IMG/VR virus record: IMGVR_UViG_3300026289_000086
DNA from: a virus
Taxonomy: Duplodnaviria > Heunggongvirae > Uroviricota > Caudoviricetes
Reading direction: 5' to 3' (one strand)
DNA length: 64,000 nt
The translations under genes and the position numbers were made by a program. Below, piece by piece: positions 1-9,728 of this stretch. The notes beneath the pieces are model-generated. The model was not told the origin of the DNA, did no database searches, and worked only from the letters and a program-made list of their open reading frames with translations. Each line of letters begins with the position of its first letter. The stretch's first letter is position 1.

Positions 1-5
1 TGGAC

Positions 6-677
6 ATGCGCTCCTGGGATCGCTGCGCCGACCAAGGGCTTGATATCGACTCCTATGCGGGACAGCCGTGCTGGATCGGCCTCGATCTGGCCAGCAAGAC
101 CGACATCGCTGCCCTGCTGCTGGTCTTCGCCCACCAGGAAATCGACGGCGGCTTTGCAGTGTTCGGTCGCTACTACCTGCCCGAGGACACGGTTCACGCC
201 ACCGGCAACAGCCAGTACCCCGGCTGGATGGGCAGCGGGCGGCTGACGGTGACGCCGGGCAACGTGATTGATTTCTCCTGGATCGAGGCCGACCTGGTGG
301 ACTTCGCCTCGCGCTTCGCCATCCAGGCGGTCGCCTTCGACCCGTTCCAGGCGACGCAGTTGTCGACCCGGATGCTGGCTGAGGGCCTACCGATGATCGA
401 AGTCAGACCGACAGTGCTCAACTTCTCGGAACCGATGAAGACGCTCGAGGCGCTGGTCCTGCAAGGAAAACTGATCCACGACGGGGATCCGGTGCTGGGG
501 TGGATGGTGAGCAACGTCGTGGCGCACCTGGACGCCAAGGACAACATCTACCCGCGCAAGGAACGTCCAGAGAACAAGATCGACGGCATCGTCGCACTGA
601 TCATGGCACTGTCGCGGGCGATCACGCCCGGCACCCAGGTGGTGCTCGGTGCAGACTACGAGCTGGTGATGCTCTGA
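6..677 (+). CDS. Phage terminase large subunit, C-terminal (nuclease) portion; gene truncated by window start
   Basis: The ORF runs off the 5' edge of the window. Its C-terminal sequence ('NKIDGIVALIMALSRAI') is typical of the TerL nuclease domain, and it sits immediately upstream of the portal gene. Confidence 0.75.
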   Translation: MRSWDRCADQGLDIDSYAGQPCWIGLDLASKTDIAALLLVFAHQEIDGGFAVFGRYYLPEDTVHATGNSQYPGWMGSGRLTVTPGNVIDFSWIEADLVDFASRFAIQAVAFDPFQATQLSTRMLAEGLPMIEVRPTVLNFSEPMKTLEALVLQGKLIHDGDPVLGWMVSNVVAHLDAKDNIYPRKERPENKIDGIVALIMALSRAITPGTQVVLGADYELVML

Positions 678-1957
678 TGGGGATGTTCAGCTTCCTCTCG
701 CGCTGGATGGCCTCGAGTGACGACCGTTCGCCCGGTGGTGACTTCTGGTTCGAGCCGGTCACGATGCGGAGCTCGAGCGGCATGCGGGTATCGGCGGACA
801 ACGCCATGCGCGTGGCGGCGGTGTACGCCAGCGTGCGCATCCTGGCCGAGACAATGGCGTCCCTGCCGTTCGTGCTCTACCGGCAGCGCGCCGATGGCGG
901 CAAAGACCGGGTGACGGATCACTGGCTGTACCGCGTGCTGGCCAAGCGTCCGAATCGTTACCAGAACCCGTATGAGTGGCGCGAGATGCTGCAGGGTCAT
1001 CTGGCACTCCGGGGCAACGCCTACAACCGGATCGTCGCCAACCGCCGCGGCGAGATCGTCGAGCTAATGCCGATCCACCCGGACCGGATCAGGATGGAAC
1101 TGATGCCGTCCGGTGACTACCGCTATCGGGTGACCGATCGGCTCGGCGTAGAGGCCATACTGCCGCGGGGCGAGATCTGGCATCTGCGTGGTCTGTCGTC
1201 GGACGGTTTGATGGGCATGAGCCCGATCGAGCTGGCGCGCGAGAGTCTGGGCATGGCGCTGGCGGCGCAGGACTACGGTGCGCGCTTCTTCGCCAACGAC
1301 GCGAAGCCGACCGGCGGCTGGATCGAGTTTCCGGGGTCGTTCAAGGACAGCGAGGCCAAGAAGGTGTTTCGCGAGTCCTACCAGGCGGCGCAGTCCGGCG
1401 CGAACCGCGGCAAGGTACTCGTGCTGGAAAACGGCATGAAGTTCCACGAGGTGGGCGTGACCAACCGGGACGCGCAGTTTCTCGAACTCCGGAAATTCCA
1501 GATCACCGACATCGCGCGGCTGTTTCGGGTGCCACCGCACATGATCGCTGATCTCGATCGCGCGACCTTCTCGAACATCGAGCAGCAGAGCCTGGAATTC
1601 GTCATGCACACGATGACGCCGTGGGCCGAGCGCTGGGAAGCGAGCATCGAATCCGAGTTGCTGCTCGACGGCGACGATCTCGAGGTCGAGTTTGATTTTG
1701 CGAACCTGATGCGCGGCGACGCCGCCAGCCGGTCGTCGTACTACCAGAGCGGGATCCAAAACGGCTGGCTGACACGCAACGAGGCACGCATCGCCGAGAA
1801 CCTGAATCCACTCGACGGGTTGGACGAGCCGTTGCGGCCACTGAACATGGTCGAGGAAGGGTCAGCCGAGGATCTGGAAGGCGATGCCGGGCAGGACCAG
1901 CGGCCTGCGCAGGATGTGACTGGGCCGCAAGACGATGAAGACGCACAGAGCGAATGA
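677..1957 (+). CDS. Phage portal protein, HK97 family
   Basis: Start ATG 677 overlaps the terminase stop (ATGA), in frame with track ORF 500..1957. Motifs match HK97-family portals ('FSNIEQQSLEFVMHTMTPWAERWE') and the position fits between TerL and the protease. Confidence 0.85.
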   Translation: MGMFSFLSRWMASSDDRSPGGDFWFEPVTMRSSSGMRVSADNAMRVAAVYASVRILAETMASLPFVLYRQRADGGKDRVTDHWLYRVLAKRPNRYQNPYEWREMLQGHLALRGNAYNRIVANRRGEIVELMPIHPDRIRMELMPSGDYRYRVTDRLGVEAILPRGEIWHLRGLSSDGLMGMSPIELARESLGMALAAQDYGARFFANDAKPTGGWIEFPGSFKDSEAKKVFRESYQAAQSGANRGKVLVLENGMKFHEVGVTNRDAQFLELRKFQITDIARLFRVPPHMIADLDRATFSNIEQQSLEFVMHTMTPWAERWEASIESELLLDGDDLEVEFDFANLMRGDAASRSSYYQSGIQNGWLTRNEARIAENLNPLDGLDEPLRPLNMVEEGSAEDLEGDAGQDQRPAQDVTGPQDDEDAQSE

Positions 1958-2912
1958 CGATGGGGATGACACGATGAACCACCACTTGCTGGTTGCTGAA
2001 TTTCTGACCACGCCGTGGGCGCTGATGCCTGAACGGCTGAACGCAGTCGCGGCGGTTCTGGCGCGCTGGTCGCAGGATATTCCGGCGGGTGAGGACGTGC
2101 TCATGGGTATCGCGGCAGATCGTAGCGTGCGCGAAGCACGCCGGCAGGCGGCCACAGCGGTGTCCAGTGGCGGTATTGCGGTCCTGCCGCTGTACGGCGT
2201 CGTCACCCAGCGCGGCAACATGGTCGACGATGTCTCCGGGCCGGGGAGTGTCAGCACGCAGCAGTTTGCCTCGGCTCTGCGCCAGGCGCTCGCGGATGAC
2301 TCGGTCAGCCAGATCCTGATCGATATCGACAGTCCAGGCGGCAGTGTCTATGGCGTGTCCGAACTCGCCGACGAGATCGTCAGTGCCCGGGCACAGAAGC
2401 CCGTGGTAGCGATCGCCAATAGTCTGGCAGCAAGTGCGGCCTACTGGATTGGCTGCTCGGCGTCGGAGTTCTACGTCACACCATGCGGCGAGGTCGGCTC
2501 GATCGGCGTCTGGCAGGCGCACTTCGATTACTCGCAGGCGTTTGTCACCAAGGGCGTCAAGCCGACGCTGATCTCGGCCGGCAAGTACAAGGTCGAAGGC
2601 AATCCGTATGTGCCGCTCGATGAGGAGGCACAGGGGTTCATGCAGTCGCGCGTGGATGACTACTACGCCACCTTCACCAAGGCGGTGGCGCGCGGGCGCG
2701 GGGTGCCGATCGCGCAGGTGCGCGAGGGCATGGGTCAGGGTCGTGTGCTCGGCGGCGAGGCTGCGCAGGCGCAAGGCATGATCGATGGGGTCGCCACCTT
2801 CGACGATGTCGTCAGGAAGATGCGGCGCGATCCGAGGTCCGTCGCCAGGCCGAAGGTGAGTCGCTTGGCTCAGGCGCAACGGGAACTCGATATCTTGGGT
2901 ACCCGAGCGTGA
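1935..2912 (+). CDS. Prohead (head maturation) protease, S49/SppA-like family
   Basis: The 'IDSPGGSVYG' motif is characteristic of S49 peptidases and the gene lies in the canonical portal-protease-capsid order. Alternative start ATG 1974 is preceded by a GGGGA ribosome-binding site. Confidence 0.8.
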   Translation: MKTHRANDDGDDTMNHHLLVAEFLTTPWALMPERLNAVAAVLARWSQDIPAGEDVLMGIAADRSVREARRQAATAVSSGGIAVLPLYGVVTQRGNMVDDVSGPGSVSTQQFASALRQALADDSVSQILIDIDSPGGSVYGVSELADEIVSARAQKPVVAIANSLAASAAYWIGCSASEFYVTPCGEVGSIGVWQAHFDYSQAFVTKGVKPTLISAGKYKVEGNPYVPLDEEAQGFMQSRVDDYYATFTKAVARGRGVPIAQVREGMGQGRVLGGEAAQAQGMIDGVATFDDVVRKMRRDPRSVARPKVSRLAQAQRELDILGTRA

Positions 2913-3150
2913 TGGGTGGAATTGCTCGATTCATGGGTTGCTTTGCACGCGTTTCCGGCCGTTCAGGTTTAGAATTCCAATGAGTGCAGCCGGCCAGCAA
3001 GAGACGCTGAAGAAACCTGCCCAAAGCAGTCATTCAAGCAATCTGGGTGTATGCTATCGACCTGCCGTGTGAGCTGCTCGCCAGCGATTCAGCCGGGCGC
3101 TTTCGGGGCGGCAGATAAACGCTATTCGTTAGCCACCGCAGAGCCAAACC

Positions 3151-3633
3151 GTGGACATACTCCTGCGCATAGTCAACAAGTTACCCATGCCAACGAGCGT
3201 GCGTCTTGCTTGGAAGCGGTCGCTGCTCGACCGGTCTTACGCGCGCGACTTGGCGGCTGCAAAGAAGCAAAGCGATCCAAAGAAAATCGAGGAAATCGAG
3301 CAGGAGTGGAGGTTGGACATCGATCTTCATACCGAAGATGAAGACTTCTACCTTTCTCGGCAACTTCGAGCACAGGCTCGCCACCTTCGGCTTCCCATCC
3401 CGCAGATCTACAACAAGGACAACTCCGTGTCTGAGCACTGGCAACAGACACGTCACGCGGGGCATTGGTGCCTTACAACCACAGCAGTCCAAGCCCTTCG
3501 AGAGGCGATCCGTGGTGAAATCAAGGCTCGCCATGAACTGCGCGCGCATTGGGCCGTTTGGCTCTCCGCACTGACAGGTGTCATTGGTGCGATCACCGGC
3601 CTTGTGGCTGTTCTTGCGAGCAAGTCACCGTAG
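3151..3633 (+). CDS. Hypothetical C-tail-anchored membrane protein (moron within head module)
   Basis: Coiled-coil N-terminus and a single C-terminal TM helix ('WAVWLSALTGVIGAITGLVAVLAS'). It lies in a lower-GC stretch inserted between the protease and capsid genes. Confidence 0.4.
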   Translation: MDILLRIVNKLPMPTSVRLAWKRSLLDRSYARDLAAAKKQSDPKKIEEIEQEWRLDIDLHTEDEDFYLSRQLRAQARHLRLPIPQIYNKDNSVSEHWQQTRHAGHWCLTTTAVQALREAIRGEIKARHELRAHWAVWLSALTGVIGAITGLVAVLASKSP

Positions 3634-3654
3634 CGCTCGCGTCGGTATGAAGAA

Positions 3655-3996
3655 ATGACGCAACCACGACTGGAAAACGACGACGTACAGGCGGCCCGCG
3701 GAAGGTGGCTATCAGCGAGCGAAAGCGCGTCTCGGCTTGCCGCCGAGCTATTTCAACCGGGATCGGGGTACGGCGACCCCGAAGCCCGAGCGGCAGATGA
3801 GCAACGACTCCAATCAGCCAGACATGACTCTGAGCGGTTCTTTCAGGAATATCACGACCTCGATAGACGTAACATTGAATTGAAGATGCTTGAATTACAG
3901 CGCTCCCAGCGCCTGGCCACTTGGGCATCATTTACTGTCGCGGCGGTGGTGGGCCTGGCAACAGTTGTCGGTACTCTGGTAGAGCTGTTCAAGTAG
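3655..3996 (+). CDS. Hypothetical C-tail-anchored membrane protein (moron)
   Basis: Same architecture as the preceding ORF, with a C-terminal TM 'FTVAAVVGLATVVGTLVELF', in the lower-GC stretch. Confidence 0.35.
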   Translation: MTQPRLENDDVQAARGRWLSASESASRLAAELFQPGSGYGDPEARAADEQRLQSARHDSERFFQEYHDLDRRNIELKMLELQRSQRLATWASFTVAAVVGLATVVGTLVELFK

Positions 3997-4120
3997 GTTG
4001 CCTCTTGTCAGTATCCGACTTCACTGTGTCTCCAAGCCCATCGCCACCCAATCTGGCAGTTAACCTGACCTCGCGCATAACGCCGCGCGAGGCGGATGAA
4101 GTCAATCATCGGGCTTCATA

Positions 4121-4678
4121 TTGGCAATGACCAATGCATTTCACCGTTTCTGGGATTCACTTGTGGGGTACGTGCGCGGCCGTCCACCCCGAGCCCCCGA
4201 CATTCGTCAGCCTCAGCATCCACCGAAAGCCGAAGTTTCTGCGGCAGCGGCAGCGCGGACTGCCGAGCAGGAACTAAAAAGCGCCAGATGGCGGGAGTGG
4301 TGCGCACAGGCTTCCTTACGTCGGCAACAAGAACTACGCGAACGTACGGAACACGAATCACGACGCCTTACACACCTGGCAGCTCAGCGTCAAAGGGAAG
4401 AGATGGAAGCGCGTGCCGCGAGGGAATCGGAAGACGGTGAGCCGTTCTATCGATCCAGGCGTTGGCAGAAACTTCGATACGATGCGTTTCTGCGTTATGG
4501 CCGTGCCTGTGCGTTGTGTAGGAGAAGTCCAGAGATTCACAATGTCATACTGCACGTGGATCATATTAAGCCTCGGTCGAGGTATCCGCAACATCAATGG
4601 GATATCAAAAACTTACAAATTCTTTGCGAAGATTGCAATATGGGCAAGGGCGCTGCAGATGATACAAGGTGGCGGTGA
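4121..4678 (+). CDS. HNH endonuclease
   Basis: C-terminal HNH motif 'CALCRR...HVDHIKPRSRYP...NLQILCEDCNMGKG' (Cys4/His/Asn). Located in the packaging/head module, as is common for phage HNH proteins. Confidence 0.8.
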   Translation: MAMTNAFHRFWDSLVGYVRGRPPRAPDIRQPQHPPKAEVSAAAAARTAEQELKSARWREWCAQASLRRQQELRERTEHESRRLTHLAAQRQREEMEARAARESEDGEPFYRSRRWQKLRYDAFLRYGRACALCRRSPEIHNVILHVDHIKPRSRYPQHQWDIKNLQILCEDCNMGKGAADDTRWR

Positions 4679-5001
4679 ACTGAGCAGCGTAAATCCAGTC
4701 AGCTCAGTGGCAATGATTCCCAACCCTCCAATCGAGGGGGACCCTGCGCGATAGCGCTGCACATCTGACCTCGAATGTTGATGCTTTAGAAGCACCACTT
4801 CGACTGGCCGCTTTTCCGGACTCCGTGCGTCGCCTTTGGATCGTCCACTGCCAGTGACTCGCAAAACTTGAAGGGCAGCAACCAAGCTTTCAACGGTCGT
4901 TCCCACAGAACGACCCAAGCGCAACCGATTGAAATCCTCTACCGCGACGCTCCGTTGAACCTCGCCCCTATGTAAAACGACCCGCCGCCCGTCCCCACCC
5001 A

Positions 5002-5026
5002 AACCGCCTCCGGGCGGTTTTTTTGT
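5002..5026 (+). terminator. Rho-independent terminator downstream of the HNH gene
   Basis: GC-rich hairpin 'aaccgcc-tccg-ggcggtt' followed by T7. A second hairpin lies at 5034-5054 ('gaacccgcctcgtgcgggttc'). Confidence 0.6.
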
Positions 5027-5072
5027 GCCCCTCGAACCCGCCTCGTGCGGGTTCTAGCTTTTGGAGAACCAC

Positions 5073-6374
5073 ATGAGCAAGCAACTGCGCCAGCTTCAGG
5101 CTCGCAAGACCACCCTGGTCAAAGAGGCCCGCGGCCTGACCGACCTCGCCGCGTCGGAGAACCGCGACCTGACAGACGACGAAGTCACCGCCTTCGACGC
5201 CCTGCGCGCGCGCATCGACGCCGCCTCGGCCGCCATCGACCGCGAAGCCGCCCTGATCGCCGATGAAGCACGCATCGGTGTCGAACACGTCATCGGCCCG
5301 ATCGTCACCGACAACCGCGAAGCCGATCCCCGGCGCGGCTTCGGCTCCGTCGGCGAATTCATGCAGGCCGTCTATCAGGCCGACAAACCCGGCCAGTCGA
5401 TCGACGCCCGCCTGCTGCTTGGCGGTATCGGCGCCGCCGCACCGAGCAACTACGGCAACGAGGCCGTCGGCCAGGATGGCGGTTTTCTGGTGCCGCCGCA
5501 GTTCTCGCAGGAGATCTTCAGGCTCTCGCTCGGCGAGGATTCCCTCCTGCCGCTCACCGACAACGTCGAGATCAGCGGCAACAGCATGGCATTTCCGAAG
5601 GACGAAACCACCCCCTGGGGGACCAACGGCATCCGGGCGTACTGGCAGGGAGAGGCATCCTCGGGAACGCCCACCAAGCCGGTGCTGGGGCTGGCGACCC
5701 TGCGCCTGAAGAAACTGATGGCGCTGGTCCCGACCACCGACGAGTTGCTCGACGACGCCAACGCGCTGACCAGCTACCTGCCGGAGAAGGTCGCGGTGTC
5801 GATTCGCTGGAAAGCCAACGAGTCGATCCTCTTCGGCGCCGGCAACGGCATCCCGCTCGGCTGCATGAACGGCGGCGCCATCGTCACGGTGGCCAAGGAA
5901 TCCGGTCAGGCCACGCAAACCCTGCTGACGCAGAACCTCGCCAAGATGATCGCCCGCCTGCCGCCGGGGTCGTTCACCAACGCTGTGTGGATCGTGAACA
6001 ACGACGTCCTGCCGGCACTGTTCACCCTGACGCTTGGCAACTACCCGATCTACCTGCCGGTCGGCCAGTCGGTCGGCGGCATCCAGCTCTCGCCCTACGG
6101 CACGCTGCTCGGTCGCCCGGTGTTCGTCTCACAGCACGCCAACACCTTCTCGTCGCAGGGCGACGTGCTGCTGGTCGATCTCTCGTACTACCAGACCATC
6201 ACCAAGGCTGGCGGCATGCAGACTGCGACCTCGATGCATCTCTACTTCGACGCCGACCTGACCGCCTTTCGCACCACCTTCCGCATGGACGGCCAATCCA
6301 AGATCCAGAACCCGATCGCCCCGGCCAAGGGAGCCAACGCCCTCTCACCCTACATCCAGCTCGCCGCGCGATAG
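5073..6374 (+). CDS. Major capsid protein, HK97 family
   Basis: ATG 5073 is preceded by GGAGA. The N-terminal coiled-coil delta-domain ('MSKQLRQLQARKTTLVKEARGL...') followed by an HK97-fold region is typical, and the size and position fit. Confidence 0.85.
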   Translation: MSKQLRQLQARKTTLVKEARGLTDLAASENRDLTDDEVTAFDALRARIDAASAAIDREAALIADEARIGVEHVIGPIVTDNREADPRRGFGSVGEFMQAVYQADKPGQSIDARLLLGGIGAAAPSNYGNEAVGQDGGFLVPPQFSQEIFRLSLGEDSLLPLTDNVEISGNSMAFPKDETTPWGTNGIRAYWQGEASSGTPTKPVLGLATLRLKKLMALVPTTDELLDDANALTSYLPEKVAVSIRWKANESILFGAGNGIPLGCMNGGAIVTVAKESGQATQTLLTQNLAKMIARLPPGSFTNAVWIVNNDVLPALFTLTLGNYPIYLPVGQSVGGIQLSPYGTLLGRPVFVSQHANTFSSQGDVLLVDLSYYQTITKAGGMQTATSMHLYFDADLTAFRTTFRMDGQSKIQNPIAPAKGANALSPYIQLAAR

Positions 6375-6410
6375 GCGCGGGCAGGAGCCATTTTTCCACA
6401 GGAGACATCC

Positions 6411-6857
6411 ATGTACCCCAACCTCAAAGGCAGCGAAACGCTGTCGATTCTCGCCACCATCGACCCGGCCAGCCAGGCGGCCGGTACCGTCACCACCGCC
6501 TGGGTCTCGGCCGCCAACTTCCATGCGTTTCTGGCGCTGGTCGAGACTGGCGTTCTCGGCGCTGCGGCGACCCTGGACGCCAAGATCCAGCAGGCGCGCG
6601 ACGCCACCGGTACCGGCGCCAAGGACGTCGGCGGCAAGGCGATCCGGCAGATCGTCAAGGGCAGCGGCGACAACAAGCAGGTGCTGATCAACCTGAGGCC
6701 CGAGAACCTCGACAGCAACAACGGCTTCGCCTTCCTGCGTCTGTCGCTGACCGTCGAGGTCGCCGCCAGCATCGTCGCCGGCAAGCTCATCGGTGTGCAT
6801 CCGCGCTACGCCACGGCAGAGGTCTTCAACCAGGCGGCGGTGATCCAGGCGATCTGA
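6411..6857 (+). CDS. Hypothetical phage head-associated protein
   Basis: Sits between the capsid and connector genes with coding-type codon usage. No recognisable motif. Confidence 0.45.
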   Translation: MYPNLKGSETLSILATIDPASQAAGTVTTAWVSAANFHAFLALVETGVLGAAATLDAKIQQARDATGTGAKDVGGKAIRQIVKGSGDNKQVLINLRPENLDSNNGFAFLRLSLTVEVAASIVAGKLIGVHPRYATAEVFNQAAVIQAI

Positions 6858-6861
6858 TCCC

Positions 6862-7485
6862 ATGCCGCTGCAACTCATCACCCCAGCCGCAGAGGAACCG
6901 GTGTCGCTCGCCGAGGCGAAGCTGCACCTGCGGGTGGAGTCTGCCGACGACGATGCGCTGATTGGTTCGCTGATCTCTGCGGCCCGCCAGGCGGCAGAGA
7001 CACTCACCGGTCGTCAACTCGTCACCGCGCGCTGGAAACTGGTGCTCGACAGTTTCCCCGGTCCGAGCCTGACGGGCGTTCCCGCGGGACTGCCGTTCTC
7101 GCTGCCGGGGCACGCGATCCTGCTGCCGAAATGCCCCGTCCAGTCGGTGCTCGCCATAAGGTATCTCGACATGTCCGGCACCACACAAACCATGCCGCGA
7201 GCCGACTACACCGCCGATACGGCTTGCGAGCCGGCGCGCGTGACGCCGGTGTTCGGCAGTGCCTGGCCCGTTTCCCTGCCGCAGATCGGTGCTGTACAGC
7301 TTGTCTTCGGTGCGGGCTACGGCGATGCCGCCAGCGTCCCCGCGGGGATCAAGAGCTGGATCAAGCTGCGCGTGGGCAGTCTCTATGCGCACCGCGAGGA
7401 AGTCGCCCTGCTGACGAGCGGCAAGATCGAATCCTTGTCGTTCATCGACGGCCTGCTCGACCCGTACCGGGTGGTGCTGGTATGA
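6862..7485 (+). CDS. Head-tail connector protein (phage gp6-like)
   Basis: The N-terminus 'LSLAEAKLHLRVESADDDALIGSLISAARQAAETLTGRQL' matches the conserved gp6-like head-tail connector signature. Confidence 0.7.
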   Translation: MPLQLITPAAEEPVSLAEAKLHLRVESADDDALIGSLISAARQAAETLTGRQLVTARWKLVLDSFPGPSLTGVPAGLPFSLPGHAILLPKCPVQSVLAIRYLDMSGTTQTMPRADYTADTACEPARVTPVFGSAWPVSLPQIGAVQLVFGAGYGDAASVPAGIKSWIKLRVGSLYAHREEVALLTSGKIESLSFIDGLLDPYRVVLV

Positions 7486-7841
7486 CCGCGACCTTCAATC
7501 CCGGCCAGGCCAAGCAGCGCATCCGGCTGCAGGCGAAGAATGTCACCCGCAATGCCATCGGTGAGGAAGTCGTCAGCTGGACCGACGTGGTTACCGACAC
7601 CGCCGACCACGCGCTCTGGGCCGAGGCCTGGCCGCTCAAGGGACGCGAGTTCTTCGCGGCCCAGCAAACCCGCTACGCCGCCGACGTGCGTTTTCGGATC
7701 AGGTGGCGGGCGGATGTGGTGCGCGAGCAGCGTGTCCTGTGGCACGACGAGCCCTACGACATCGTGATGCTGACGGACGTCGGTGCCGGCCGCCACACGC
7801 TGGAAATCCTCGCCATCAACGGCATCCGGAACGGACTCTGA
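7482..7841 (+). CDS. Head closure / head-tail adaptor protein (SPP1 gp16-like)
   Basis: ATG 7482 overlaps the previous stop, in frame with track ORF 7131..7841. The ~120-aa size and position are typical of the head-tail joining family. Confidence 0.6.
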   Translation: MTATFNPGQAKQRIRLQAKNVTRNAIGEEVVSWTDVVTDTADHALWAEAWPLKGREFFAAQQTRYAADVRFRIRWRADVVREQRVLWHDEPYDIVMLTDVGAGRHTLEILAINGIRNGL

Positions 7842-7843
7842 CC

Positions 7844-8326
7844 ATGAGCAGTGACATCACCGTCCAATTGCAGGGCGTCGAGGAACTCAAGCGCATCCTC
7901 GCGCGCGTGCCCGACAAGCTCAGACGCAAGGGACTGTTAAAGGCGCTGCGCGTGTCGGCGCGGCTGGTACGCGACGATGCCCGCCTGGCAGCGCCGGTAC
8001 GGCAGAAGCCGAAACTCAACCGCCGACCGGGCACCGTCAAACGGGCGATCAGCATCCGCACTTCGAAGTTCGCGCGGCGGGCCGGCGACGTGGGTGTGTT
8101 TGTCAGTGTCCGCCCCTTGCGCGGCGCCCGACAGAAACGGCTCGGCGCAGCCGGTGCCAACAATCCGAACGACCCCTACTACTGGCGGTTTCTGGAGTTC
8201 GGCACACGCAAGCTGACCGCGCGCCCGTTTCTGCGCCCCGCCAGCCGCAAGCTGCCACAGGTCGCCGAAGCCTTCATCGTCTCGGCAACCGCCGAGATCA
8301 ACCGGCTCAACACGGGGAGTGAATGA
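7844..8326 (+). CDS. Phage protein, HK97 gp10 family
   Basis: ATG 7844 is in frame with track ORF 7703..8326. The motif 'FLEFGTRKLTARPFLRPA' is typical of gp10-family proteins. Confidence 0.65.
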   Translation: MSSDITVQLQGVEELKRILARVPDKLRRKGLLKALRVSARLVRDDARLAAPVRQKPKLNRRPGTVKRAISIRTSKFARRAGDVGVFVSVRPLRGARQKRLGAAGANNPNDPYYWRFLEFGTRKLTARPFLRPASRKLPQVAEAFIVSATAEINRLNTGSE

Positions 8327-8688
8327 TGTCCGCCGAAACCGAACTCCATGCCGCCCTGTCAGCCAGCACCGCGCTGGCCACCCTGGTCGATACCCGGATC
8401 ACTCCGGACGCCATTCCCGAGGGCAATCCCCTGCCGGCGGTCGTCTACCAGCGGGCCGGCACCACGCCGGTCAGCACCATTCATGACGGCCAGCCGATCG
8501 CCGAAGAAGTCCGTTTTCAGGTCAGCGCCTGGGCGCCCACGCGCACCGCGGCCGACGCCGTGGCCGACGAAATCGCCACCGCACTGGCCGTCGTTGGCGT
8601 CAGCGTCGCCGATCGTTCGAGCGGCATCGACCCGGAGACTGATCTCAAGTCGGCCACCGTCGAGGTCGACTGGTGGCACGTGTTCTGA
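8323..8688 (+). CDS. Tail completion protein (DUF3168-like)
   Basis: ATGA overlap with the previous gene. The ~120-aa size and sequence pattern resemble DUF3168 proteins found between head-closure and major tail genes. Confidence 0.55.
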   Translation: MMSAETELHAALSASTALATLVDTRITPDAIPEGNPLPAVVYQRAGTTPVSTIHDGQPIAEEVRFQVSAWAPTRTAADAVADEIATALAVVGVSVADRSSGIDPETDLKSATVEVDWWHVF

Positions 8689-8710
8689 GCTTTCCCCTCT
8701 TCATCACCCG

Positions 8711-8735
8711 CCCGCCGATTGGCGGGTTTTTCTTT
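8711..8735 (+). terminator. Rho-independent terminator (attenuator) before the major tail gene
   Basis: Hairpin 'cccgcc-gatt-ggcggg' followed by a T-run. Confidence 0.5.
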
Positions 8736-8751
8736 CTCGGAGGCAAATGCC

Positions 8752-9393
8752 ATGTCCAATCCCCGCAAGTGGTCGAACGTCGCCGTCGCGCTGCAGTCGG
8801 CGCTGGGCGCCGCAATCACGATTACCGCCGTCACCAAGGCAGCGGAAGGTGTCGTCTCCGCGACCAATACCCTCGCCAATGGCGAATTCGTGCTGCTCGC
8901 GGTCGAGGGCATGTGGCAACTCAATGACCGGGTCGCCCGGGTCAAGGCGGTCTCCGGGGCCGGCTTCACCCTCGAAGGCATCGATACCACGCTGTTCGAC
9001 ACTTTCACCAGCGGCAGCGCGCAGAAGATCACCTTTGGCGTCAGCGTCACCACGGCGACCGAAGTCAGTCCGTCCGGTGGCGAGTTCGATTTCATTCCGA
9101 CGACGACCATCCACGCCGCCCAGCAAACGCAGATCCCGGGCACCCCGACGGCCGGGGTGTACACCTTCACCAACGTCTGGGACATCAGCGACGCCGGTCT
9201 GCTGGCGATCAAGGCGGCCTCGGACACGCAGACCAAGCGTGCCGTCAAATTCACTTTCGGCGCTGGTGGTCCGATCATGTGCTTCAACGGCTACCCCGCC
9301 GGCCAGCTCCTGCCGGGTGGCCAGGCGCAGGCGCTGGTCACCACGCCGACGGTCATCACCCTGTCCGGTACGCCGAGCTACTACGCGTCATGA
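8752..9393 (+). CDS. Major tail protein
   Basis: ATG 8752 is preceded by GGAGG. The ~213-aa Thr/Ala-rich protein sits immediately upstream of the chaperone and tape-measure genes. Confidence 0.6.
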   Translation: MSNPRKWSNVAVALQSALGAAITITAVTKAAEGVVSATNTLANGEFVLLAVEGMWQLNDRVARVKAVSGAGFTLEGIDTTLFDTFTSGSAQKITFGVSVTTATEVSPSGGEFDFIPTTTIHAAQQTQIPGTPTAGVYTFTNVWDISDAGLLAIKAASDTQTKRAVKFTFGAGGPIMCFNGYPAGQLLPGGQAQALVTTPTVITLSGTPSYYAS

Positions 9394-9728
9394 GCGCCCT
9401 CTCCGCAAAGATTCGCAAGGCGCGCGAGCTGCGCGTTGAAATTGGGGGCTTCGTGTTCACGGTCCTGCGCCCGACCCCTCTCGAACGCGAGGAGAAGATC
9501 CGGGGCGAGTCCGCCGCGCGCGGCATCCTCTCGCTGGTGGTTGGTTGGGAGAACGTCACCGAGGGCGACCTGATCCCCGGCGGCGACCCGCATCCGCTGC
9601 CCTTCGACACGGAGGCCTGCGCCGAATGGCTGTCGGATCGCCCGGACCTCTTCGCCGGCATCGCCGACGCGGTCGTCAAGGGTTTTGAGGCGCACGTCCT
9701 GAAGATCGAGGACGCGCTAAAAAACTGA
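9390..9728 (+). CDS. Tail assembly chaperone (gpG-like)
   Basis: ATGA overlap with the major tail gene. It ends with the slippery heptamer A_AAA_AAC just before its stop codon. Confidence 0.6.
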   Translation: MSALSAKIRKARELRVEIGGFVFTVLRPTPLEREEKIRGESAARGILSLVVGWENVTEGDLIPGGDPHPLPFDTEACAEWLSDRPDLFAGIADAVVKGFEAHVLKIEDALKN

